Source: Podarcis bocagei (Eukaryota). Taken from it: a DNA stretch of 64,000 bases. The first letter of the stretch is position 1, and each line of letters begins with the position of its first letter. Positions 11,937 through 23,121 of the stretch are shown in pieces. The notes beneath the pieces were generated by a model, which was given only the letters and a program-made list of their open reading frames with translations, was not told the DNA's origin and ran no database searches. Position numbers and translations under genes: made by a program. The DNA is taken from the NCBI GenBank assembly GCA_964188305.1, contig OZ076890.1. One strand, given 5' to 3'.

Positions 11937-13144
11937 AAGATACGGTCATAGCTACCTCCATAATCTGGTGTATCTAGGCCCAAGTTAATCAAGTTTCTTT
12001 ACCTCCCCACTTTGCTTCCTGGCTCACTGAGGAGCCAGTGTATCATTTCAGAAAATTCAAATTAGGTTGTAACTACAAACTGAATAGAATTTCTTCCTCC
12101 CTACCATCCATTTAGCCCTACTGGCTTCTGCAGGCCTCCACAGAATTTCCCGTACCATTTGTTAAATGTGGCAGCAGGCAGAGGTACTGCTGGTGGGGTT
12201 TCCACTGACAGTAGCCCATAGAAAGTTCCAAAATGGGGAGGAGATTATCTAGCCGGGGATCATATGGATCCCAAGCCATTCCCACTGCCATGAATGGATG
12301 GCAACAATCCTGACCTGGGCCTAAACACTGGCATAGAGATTTAACCCCCACTTTCCACTCAGGCATGAGAGATAGGTCTGCTCCACTGCTCCACCATGTT
12401 ACACTGCTGTCCAGCAAGGGTTTGGCTTGCCCCACCTGGATACATTAACAGAGGTACTGACTTACAGGAACCATTTAGTATTGTTGTTTTGCAGTAGTAG
12501 GGCAAATGCCAGTCTAGATTAGTAGGAAGGCATGTCCCTTTAAGTTCCACTTCTGCCATTTCCCCAGCATGGAGATGAACTGATGAGAAAGGGAGTGCCT
12601 CCATATCTTCTCATAGAGCCAGTAAGCCTCATAGGAGCAAGGCTAACAAGACTTTTGAGAGCCCTTTGGTATATTGCACTGCGTGACTGTCCAAAGCTGT
12701 GACTTTCCAAAGCTGCGTCTTCAACAACAGCTTGCTCTCCAGACATTAGCAGGAGGTGATGTTTATTGCCATGCTGTGAAAAGCTTTACATGCTGACTTC
12801 TGGAGAGCAGCCTGCTAGTAAAGGCACAAGAGTAGGCTGGTTTTGATCTGGTCACTTTTGCAGCGCTGCCTGCACGTTCATTGACGTGAAGTTTTGGCAG
12901 AATTTCTTGTCAAAGACAAAAACACATGCCTACGCAGGCGCGCACAAGTGCTAAAAGAGCAATTATAGGGAGGCAAGTTCATCACAAACACATGCAAATA
13001 CACATTCTCGCACAATAACATCAACGGAAACCCCAATGTGCACTTTCCCATAGTGCAAATTCAAATATTAAATAGCAGCAGCAGCAAACAAGAACAATGA
13101 AATAAAAAGAAGTGCTTGGCTCGAGGGGTGACCAGATATTCCAG

Positions 13145-13400
13145 GAGCCAGTGTGGTGTAGTGGTTAAGAGCGGTAGTCACGTAATCTGGGAAACCGGGT
13201 TCGTGTCTCCGCTCCTCCACATGCAGCTGCTGGGTGACCTTGGGCCAGTCACACTTCTGTGAAGTCTCTCAGCCCCACTCACCTCACAGAGTGTTTGTTG
13301 TGGGGGAGGAAGGGAAAGGAGAATGTTAGCCGCTTTGAGACTCCTTAAAGGGAGTGAAAGGCGGGATATCAAATCCAAACTCTTCTTCTTCTTCTTCTTC
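13145..13400 (+). mobile_element. Squam3-type (MIR/Ther1-derived) SINE
   Basis: tRNA-like A and B boxes (TGGTGTAGTGG...GGTTCGTGTC), GTGACCTTGGGC core and (CTT)n tail. A second copy lies at 38911-39155. Confidence 0.8.
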
Positions 13401-13895
13401 ATAAAAGACCTTCATTTCAGCGCTACACAACAGCTCCGTAAAATAAACTCTACAGTTCTTCAATGGTCTTTTGTTTTGAAACGTTGCTCTGGCAGCCCTC
13501 CTGACATGGCTCCAAAGCTGTGGTAGGTTTATGAGTAGGATGGAAAAGGGTTGAGAGGGACGTGTGTTCCAATATCTGTTTTACGCACACTGAGCCAGGT
13601 TTTCTCCCCCACCCACACTTTCTTTTTAAAAAGTCTACTGGACTCAGGGCTGCTCATTAAGGATGGGCCTAATTAGGCTGCCCTGTGCGCTTCACAGGAC
13701 TCCAGACCACTGCAGTTTGCCAATAACAGAAAACCTGTTATTTTACAACTCTGGAGCGGGGACAGCTTTGTGGTGTGCTTCCCGGAAGGAAGCAAATGAT
13801 AAGAAACCTGGAGAAAATGGGACGGAGAGAACACTTTCCTCTTTAATTTGGCCCTTTCCAAAGTTTCTCTTACCCCCACCCCACCCCTCAGCCTC

Positions 13896-13896
<1 letters not shown>

Positions 13897-13979
<83 letters not shown>
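13897..13979. repeat. Compound microsatellite (CA)n(GA)n
   Basis: Seen directly. Confidence 0.97.
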
Positions 13980-13982
<3 letters not shown>

Positions 13983-15616
13983 AGTACTGATGAAAGGACA
14001 GTGAAGTTGTTTTCTCTGAGATTTTCAAAGGTTTCGTTTCTTTTAAATAAATTAAGAGCAGAAGCTTTCAGCACCAAACATGGATCTTGCAAAGCTCATG
14101 TTGTTCTCCCTCGCAAAAAGGAAAAGCAATGGTTGTTAACAGATTGAGTTATGTTATGCCATTTTGTCATTTACACCACCTGCTCTTGAAGAAATATTCT
14201 GTTGGCAAGAAGGCCCCTTTAACCAGATTGTTAAACAGGCTGTTCGTTGTCTTGTAGGAAGGTGTTCCAAGTTTAATTTGATTAAACCAAAGCAAGACGG
14301 TTTTAAATACCGGGAAGTAAAGCAAACAGAAACAAAAAGCATCTAGTTGTTGGTGGTGAGGAAATTTTTGGCATTGCAAGTTTGTGCTTGGGGGAGGGGA
14401 ATAATTCCATTTGCTGTTACTTTTAAAGAGGTAGAAAGGGGCAAACTGACAGACACTTTGAAGAAGGGGAAAGAAGCTGAAAGCCGCGAAGAAAAGCTTA
14501 TCATATCATATATGCCTGTGTGGAATCTTGCCCACAGCTAGCTAGTTTGCAAGAACAGCACAGTCTAAACATGCACATAATAATAAATTGGTGGTGCCCA
14601 GCCTCTTTTGGCAAGTGTGCTGCAAATCAACTCTAAAATATGACACAGGGCAACTATTGTGCTCCCTGCAGTACATTCGCAGCTCCCTTTCCGTTGGGTG
14701 TGGTTTTGCCTCTAGTCTGCCTTGTCTACACATGCAGTGGGATGAGGTAGTACGCGTGCGGAGGTGATAAATGGACTGTACCCTTTCAGATAGCAGTGTG
14801 GAGGGTCAAATTTTTTTGATGCACTTGTGAATTAAAATCTCCATGCAGTCAGAAAGCTAGCACAACATGTAATATTCTACACTAGAACCACTCTCCCTGA
14901 TGTGTTAGCTCTCCATTTGTAATAAGGTTTGTTCTGTTTTGTTGTTTAACGTGGAGGAAGCACTGCCTGTTCTCTCCCTGTTCTTTTGCCTGAAAAGGCC
15001 TTGGGCCACAGTATGTTTTTACTGTGATTTGCCCAAAACCACCCTGTGAGCTTCGCAGGCAAGATTTTTGAATGCTGATTTTTCACTTCCAAAATCAGCA
15101 TAGTACATTTATTCTGGCCGAATGCTGCATAAAATGAGAAGGGAGCTTAGCTGATTCTCAGGGACAGAATGGTCTCTTTGACATTGCTGGATTAAGCAGC
15201 AGGCTCAAGCCACAATCCTACGCATTTACCTGGCAGTAAGTCATAATGAACTTAAGGGGTCCAGCCTCTGATTAGATATGTATAGGATTGCACTTCCAGT
15301 CTCTGGTCCTGTCCACTGGAAATGACTATGTGCTGGATAGGATAGTCTAAACGACCACTAGGTGCTAACCACTACCTTGTACCAGTGGAAGCAAAGGGTC
15401 TTGTTTCCATAGACTCAGTGGTACCTGAGCATGAGACATGGAAACCCAGGGTGGTATCCAACCAAACAGTTCCAATAGCACAAGGAGATTTAGCTGTGCA
15501 AAATAACTTTCTCAATCTCTCCTCTCTCTATGCACCTGCTGCGCTCCCCATAAATCTGCTCTGAAGGGTTGCAGGGAAATCCGGAACAATTTAGCGGGTG
15601 CTAGATGATGCATGAT

Positions 15617-15971
15617 GGGACGTGGGTGGCGCTGTGGGTTAAACCACAGAGCCTAGGACTTGCTGATCAGAAGGTTGGCGGTTCAAATCCCCGTGACAGG
15701 GTGAGCTCCCGTTGCTCAGTCCCTGCTCCTGCCAACCTAGCAGTTCAAAAGCACGTCAGAGTGCAAGTAGATAAATAGGTATCGCTTTGGCGGAAAGGTA
15801 AATGGCGTTTCCGTGCGCTGCTATGGTTCACCAGAAGCGGCTTAGTCATGCTGGCCACATGACCCGGAATCTGTACGCCGGCTCCCTTGTTCAGTAAAGC
15901 GAGATGAGCGCACAACCCCAGAGTTGGACACGACTGGACCTAATGGTCAGGGGTCCCTTTACCTTTACCTT
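15617..15971 (+). mobile_element. Sauria (Squam1) SINE
   Basis: GGGACGTGGGTGGCGCTGTGGGTTAAACC head, ACCTTT tail repeats, flanking GATGATGCAT duplication. Confidence 0.9.
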
Positions 15972-16603
15972 GGATGATGCATAGGGAGAAGGGAAGTTCC
16001 ATTGTACAGTTAAAACTCTTTGCACTAGTTGGACATCACCAACTGGCACTTTATCTACACCAGAATATCTGGATGATCTTATTTTGAGGGCCACAGATGG
16101 GTAACCTGTGGCCCTCCACATGCTATTAGACTCTATCTTTCATCAGCCATGACCAGCATGGTCAGAGATAATGGGAGTTGTCAGTGGAGGTGGGGCTACT
16201 GGGGCTCTGCTCTCCTGCTGAAAATGCCAAGCAGTTTAAAAAATCTTCCTCCTTCAGATCTCAAAACCACACTCTTTCCCGTCCCCCCTCCCCCCACATT
16301 TTATACTTCCTTGAATTTACAGAGGTATTTCTGTCAATCTACTGTACTCTGGCTAGTCAGATTTCTGCACCGTTCAGCCAATCCTAATCCAAAATGGCAA
16401 AGAAATCCCACCCCTGTGTCTCTTAAACTGAAAAACCATGCAACTGATTGGACTGCCTGAATTTCAGCCCTACAAGGAGGGCTCCCACTCCAGCTGTTGT
16501 CATGAGGGCTATTCAGCACAGCCAGGACAGCAGATATGAAAGGTGTCAGGACCGCTTCAAGAATAACCTCTCATGATAGCCTTGGAGTATATCAGAATCA
16601 TAC

Positions 16604-17126
16604 TGTTACGGCTAAAATCTGGGTGCGGGGTTACTCTGCCACCCAGCTCATCGGACTAAGTCTGTGGGTCCCTGCGGAAGAAAATGAGCTCAGCCGGACA
16701 CAGGAGCAAACTGCAGAAGGTCCAAGTTTATTGCGCAACAGGTTCAAGGCGAGATTGAACCCAGAGAAAGGGGTGACATGAACTTTTGAAATTTCCCTCC
16801 ATATCCCAGAATACAGTGCAAAATACATCCCAGTTACATCATGAATACATTAAGAAGAGGTTGGGTTACACAGATTAACATATGGAGGAGGGAGGGGTGA
16901 ATATGCAGAGAGCTGGAGATATGCGCAGATAAACACATCCTGAGAAGGCAATGGTCCATGTTTGCATAGTCTGTCACCTGGCATCGCCTGGAGGAAGGGT
17001 TTGGCAGAGTGATTTTGACTGGATTACTTGAGAGATTATGGAGGACAGGGGAGGGGTGATGGAGTCCTAGAGAAATTGAGCAAATATATTGTAGTGAAGA
17101 AGACATCCCCCCCCCCTTCCGTAACA
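16604..17126 (-). repeat. 3' LTR (523 bp)
   Basis: Identical to 23122-23644 by eye except T16663 versus C23181. Preceded on the minus strand by GAATGGGGG-AC. AATAAA (minus) at 16727-16732. Confidence 0.95.
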
Positions 17127-17138
17127 GTCCCCCATTCG
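17127..17138 (-). other. Short polypurine tract candidate
   Basis: The minus strand reads GAATGGGGG-AC immediately before the TG of the 3' LTR. Confidence 0.65.
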
Positions 17139-20100
17139 GAGATAGATTTGCATTAAAGTTCTGTAAGAACTTGCAAATCTTTTCTCCGCACCCTAAATCT
17201 CGGTGAATGGGATGTGTGGCTTTATGCAAACCTGAAAGGGACTTGCAAGCCATGCCTCTTACGGTCATTTGCAAGTATAGCAGTGCAGGTAGCTGCATAT
17301 AGGGTATTATATAAAGAACACCTCTTGTATTTTGTTGCTAAATTACTTGTGGCATTCTCAATAGTGTTTTATGCTTTACACCTAGCAGGAAGGTCCACTA
17401 ATGACTGAAAAATGCAGTTGGTGTTTTGTCCTTCGCCATTTTTGTGTATTTCTCAGGTGTCAAGCTAGCTCTTCTGTGGTCTCACACTGACATAGTGCTA
17501 CAGCAACACATCCTGTCTGTTGAATCCTCTCGGGGCTTTCATTTAACCATGTTGCCTGGCATTCACCATAGCTGGCACAGGTTGGACATCTCGTGAGGGA
17601 GAGGTCTTCGCCTTGGCCTTCCTATGGGATTCTATCATAGGCTGTGGTTTTGCACGCATGGGGGTTGCTCACTTGCACTTAAAGGACCAAAAGGCTAATT
17701 GCAGCCTGGATACACTTGCCCAATTCAAACTGAGTCCAATTTGAATTTATCTTGCCCCATGGTTCTCAACTCTTCAAACCAATCTGTTAAAAGAAAACCA
17801 TTCTTAACAAGGGCAGTTGTCCAAATAAGTCAATTTAACTCTATAAGGGATCATTCCTGCTAAACCAAAGCATATGCACCTTCATGTACCTGGTGTTTTA
17901 TGGATCCAGAAGCTTGTCCTTGGCAAAACGAGGTTTAACACATTTTAAAATGGATAGGGAAAGTTGGCGGTGGAACAATTAAATGTGGTTACAAGTTGAT
18001 CTAAACATTGGACTACACAATAGTGTGAGCTACTAGAAAGTATAAAATGCATGAGAATTCTCCATTGGTGAGTAAGCAATAAGACATTAAACATAAAAAC
18101 AATTACACAGAAAAATTGCCCCCCTTTGTGGAAATCACACTGTCAGACACATTTCAACATTCTTACATAATAACACATAATACAAAACAAACTAATTAAA
18201 TATCAGTTACATATCTTGACACAATTGTGATCTTTTATGCATGTATCTTTTGAATCCTGGAGCACAGTCTTAAGGTTCAAAAGTGAGAAAATGTCCTTGC
18301 AATTCAACTCCTCCCCTTAGCCATGAGGGGTTGTTGCTGCTTTTCATCATTGTACATCTGTAGAAGTGATATCCTGTAAGGGGCAGGGTTTTGGGGAGAC
18401 TCAAAAACACAGTTAGACAAGAAAGAGGCAAAAGGCAAAAAGGATGTCCTCCAGTTTCCATGGGAAGCTGCAAATAATAACAAATCTTAGCATATTAAGC
18501 ATTTTATTTATTTCAATATTATTATCACATTTCCACATAATTACTGTTATTATCTGCTAAGTTTGTTTGCTTCCTTCACTTAATTTTTGTTGTTGTTGTT
18601 CTTTTCATATTATCAAATAAAAAATTACTCCACATGTAGAGAAAGAGAACTGTAAAAATACAAGAAAGGTTAAAAAATAAAAGGAAAGCAAAAAATTAGA
18701 TTACCAGTTAGATGAAAACAAACTTGACACAAAAACATCAGATTCAGAAAAGACCTATTATTAAATATATTATCAAAACCACGCAGATTACTACTAGACT
18801 GAAAAAAAATACAAAGGTTAAAAAATACAAAAGAAAGCAAAAAATTAGATTACCAGTTAGATGAAAACAGACTTGACACAAAGACATCAGATTCAGAAAA
18901 TAACTATTATTAAATAGTACAAAGATATTATCAAAACCACACATATTACTACTGGACTGGAAAAAAAATGGGAAAACAATGGGGAAAACTTAAAATTCAC
19001 CATGTGCTATCCAATAAAAGAACTTCATGAGACTGACTTTCAACATGTGATGAACATGTCCCCAAAGTAAAACACAAACACACAAAATGAGCTATGAGGA
19101 ACCAAAAATAAATAAATGCTAAGACACACAATTAATAAGTAACCTGAAGTAATCTGTTTTGGCATTCTAACATCCCAAATGAAAATAAAAGTGTTTCTTG
19201 ATGTGACATCAGCTGTAATGTTAATAGCGGAATACTGGGAAATGAGTTAATACCAATAAAAATGAATGGCAATTTTAAAGTTGTGCAGGTACCTTGCACT
19301 AGCCAAAATGACAGAATTAGTAAGAAATGCTCAGGCCAAAGGTAAACAAGTACCATTCCACAAACAATGTTTGGTTGTGCTTCGATTAACTTCATAGACA
19401 TCATGGAGAAACTGATTAAATAAATGAAAACAGATTATTTGTAACTTTAAAAAAAAAAATGTCAAAGGCACAAAGAGATAGAGGTCACTAATACAGCAGG
19501 GATTCAGACTTGTTTCACAGAACAGAAAGAAAGTTGCTGTTTGGCTTTTAGGGAAGAAAGACAAAAGAGAAACAAATGCAATTACTTTTTATAGAGTATT
19601 TAAATCACTGTTTGCATCCCCTCATTATCATTTGTGCTGTGGGAGAAAAGAAAGGACACTCTGTTAAAAGGGAAAATTATTTCATGTGAGAGGTCTGTCA
19701 GGAAGTGCTGTTCCTAAAATGCATAGGCATATACACACACACACACCAAAAAAAAAACAAAAACAAAAACAAAAACTTATAAAATTTAAATTCCATTGGG
19801 AGGCGAACCTTTTGTTAGCCCCTGGGGCAAGACATTAAGGGTGATTTCCCTCAATGGTTCCAAATTTTACATAAGGAAATTTGTATAGGTTTCAGGCTCT
19901 CCAAACCTTCTCTCTCCCCCCTCCTTTCTCTCTCTCTCTCTTTTGTAAGGTGATCTAGCCTCTGTGCATGTGCAGAGTTCATGCCTCAGCAAACCTTTTA
20001 TACAATTGAAAATGTTGCATCTTTTGGCTCAATTAGAATAAGGAAGGGAAAGGTAAGGAGTAGATTTTAAAATAGGGTTAGATTTTAAAACAAAAAAGAG

Positions 20101-22898
20101 AAACTCAGCAATTCAAGTATTCACCATTCAGCCCAAGCAAACTGAGACTGCTTCCTTTATGTACAGGAAAGGGCTATCATTATTGGTCATTTTATCTGGT
20201 CATTCGCGGAACAATCAACCGCTCTCTTATTTATGAGTAAAATGGCCAGGTAAGGAGTGGTTTTTTAAAATAGGGTTAGACAAAAAAGAGAAACTCAGCA
20301 ATTCAAGTATTCACCATTCAGCCCAAGCTTCCTTTATGTACAGGAAAGGGCTAATATCCCTCTGGCCATTCGCGGAACAATCAACCGCTCTCTTATTTAT
20401 GAGTAAAAATGGCCAGAGCGTTAGAATTCATAGGATTTTTTAACATTCTCAGTCATTTCAGCCTTACCATTTGCAGACAAAAAATTATTATTATTAATAT
20501 TATTATTTTCTGCGCCTTAATTTACAGGAATGGCCAAGGCTAATTGTACTTGATTATTCATTTGTATGTGCTTAAACTTTGAATTGACTTTTAAGTTTGA
20601 TTAAAAAAAAAATAGTAGACAAAATGATAAATACTGTAATCACTCAAATGCTTGATATTACCAGTTGTGCTTCAAAACATCATGGCTTTTACCTCTCACC
20701 TTTTAAAACTAAAAAGCAAAGCTAGGCTGAATTTCAACTCCATTACCACACCAGAATTTAAGAATTACCCTCCAATGCTTGCAGACCCATGTCCTTCCAC
20801 ACAGCCACAAATTGGGAGAGTTGAAAGGGACCCTGGGGTCATCTAGTCCAACCCTCCAAATATAGGGTTCACAGCAAGATTTCGCAGCAAGATTTGTACT
20901 ACCAGAGAGAGACACACATACCCATGCACACAGACACAACTGGGGAAGAGACCACAAGCCATGCGCCTATCATGTACTAAGGAAGAGGAAAATAAAAGTA
21001 CCCAACTAGTTTAAGTGAGAGTTTACTTCCTTAGACTAAAGAGTGAAAGTTCCTAGATAAATTATCTTTAAAGACTGAAGTGAACATTTTTCCTAAGATA
21101 GGGAGAGGATCTCTTATAAAGCATAGTTAAGACAGCCATAGATTTGATTTAAAAGGAATACAAACGTGACAATTTTTCCTGAACTTGCAGAGGAATAGTA
21201 AGCCTAATCTATGCCCTTTGCAGTTTCCTTTAAAGGAAGCTTACTCCGGAGTAAATTTACCTGGCACAGAATAAGGAGAAGGGGGAAAAAAAACCCTGAA
21301 AGAGACAGAGTGAAACAAGGGGGGGCATTTTCTAAGAAAAGAGGCCAGGACGTCTTATAGAGACTGATATCAGGAGCCTTACAATAACTCTTCTGTCCAA
21401 CCAAATCAAAGTTAAAACTGGACTCAAATATTTTCTTAGAATGAACACCATACTTTTATAGGCATACGCTTAATGAAATACATACACTGCATTTTAGCTT
21501 GAGAGAGCAGTTGTGCTCAACTAGGCTTTTGCAGCAGAAACATTAGGTTATCAGCACCTTCCAAAATAAGACTGTAGACTCACAATCTCAAAAGTTGGGG
21601 CAAAGCAAGAGGTGGGGTAAACATTTGCACACTTCATTCTCATCTTCTCTTATTTAGGACTGCTAAGATCCAGCATGGCTTCCTTAGATTTAAATTTTGA
21701 AGCAAGCTTGCAGTTTAAACTATGCACACTTAAGAAAGGCAGTCTGCCAGAGACAGAAGGAACAGACAACACACATAACAGACAACAGGTAAACATACAT
21801 ATTCTCATATATGTATTAACAGACAACACACATAACAGACAACATGTAAACATGTAAACATATATATTCTCATCCTTTAGTTGGTTATTGCAAGGAGTTG
21901 GGCCACTACCTTTGGCTTCATTAAGTGAAATTAGTAGGAAGGTCCCACATGGTTTTATGAGCCTCCTTGCCTCTTCAAACACACCACCAGGTAATCAGAC
22001 TGGTAGGGCTCACAACGCTTGGTTGACTGGGTACCCCTTTATAGATGCATGCGTTGCTGTTGTTGCTCTTTTGCTTTTTCCTTTTTTTGGGGGGGGGGGT
22101 CTGGGATAGAGAAGGGGAAAAAGAGGGGTTGATTAGGATTGGTATGTCTAGGGGTTTGGTATGCTTAGTACAGGGACGTATAGTAAAGAGGAGAAGGGGC
22201 TTCTAGTTGCCTGGCAACTTCCTTAGTGGGTTTTAGAGAGCTCTAGCTATCCGGTTCCTTGCGTTCCCTTTCCTATTTCCTATTTCCTTATTTCCTTATT
22301 TCCTATAACCTGGGGTCTCTTTCCACTCTGCCGGTCCTGCCCAATTCCTCATGGGCTATCCCTCCTGGCAACCTCCTACCTATCGTCACATCTCAGGAAA
22401 AGGGGCCCTACTGGACGCCCGCGCCATGCGGTGCCAGATCGGGTGGTCCCTGGATAGAATTTCGAACTGAAAATCCCCCTTGCTTTTGGAAGCGGGCTCA
22501 CGCACGGTTACGTGGCACCGACCAGTGCGGCTGGGATTGGGATAGAAAGCAAGACCCCTTCCTGCCCCCTCCGTAAGGGCGCTCGGGAAGTTCGGAAAGA
22601 GAGCTCCAACCCCTTGCTTTCAACTGGGATGCCCGTTGCGGAAAGTCGGCTGTCTTTCCAAGCCGGGTCTCACCGTCTTACTTTCGGACTCCCAATTGGT
22701 GCGGCTGGCTGGAGATTTTAAGGAAAAGGGATAGAGCTCAGAACCCCCCTTTCGGGTTGAGCAGCGGTCCACGGTCTCTCTCACTAACCGGACCAAGAGA
22801 AAGGCAAGAAGGAGCGATAGAGAGGAGGGCAGAGAATTCAGTTGCCAGGAGATTCCACCCCCTTCCCACCAGTGCACTGGATTTTCCTTTTTCCTTAT

Positions 22899-22906
22899 AC
22901 TCACGC
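22899..22906 (-). other. Candidate major splice donor in the element leader
   Basis: GC|GTGAGT about 200 nt downstream of the PBS, the usual position of a retroviral major donor. Confidence 0.55.
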
Positions 22907-23101
22907 GTCTTCTATGATGATCCCGGGATCGATGAATAATAAGCCGGCTGGATCCCTCTTTTGCTCCCCGGCTGAACTCCTAGGGCTTTCGATTACCGCC
23001 CGGAAGATGGCTGGGGGTCCAAAAGGATCTTCCCAGGCAAAATGGCCCGGAGCCGGCTGAAGATTTCGGGGCCCCCAGTCAGCAGTTCGGGAGAACCACA
23101 A

Positions 23102-23119
23102 GCCCCACGTTGGGCGCCA
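23102..23119 (-). other. Primer-binding site complementary to the tRNA-Lys(CTT) (Lys1,2) 3' end
   Basis: The minus strand reads TGGCGCCCAACGTGGGGC, the 18-nt Lys1,2 PBS, 2 nt after the LTR's terminal CA. Confidence 0.93.
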
Positions 23120-23121
23120 AC

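Noticed and set aside
13663-14147. ORFs with THTH/ERER or CVCV/SLSL tracts (also 1197-1426 and 47959-48192)
   Set aside because: These are translations of microsatellites.
16604-17126. Hammerhead ribozyme (retrozyme) in the LTRs
   Set aside because: U5 has hairpins (AGCTCAT/ATGAGCT, CTGGGTG/CACCCAG) and a CCGATGAG, but I could not assemble a CUGANGA...GAAA...UH core with three stems.
18270-18473. Minus ORF ending WLRGGVELQGHFLTFEP, faintly reminiscent of an Ig-domain strand
   Set aside because: It is short, stops immediately and lacks the second cysteine motif. Its N-terminal half is the polypyrimidine tract of an acceptor. It cannot be supported without an HMM search.
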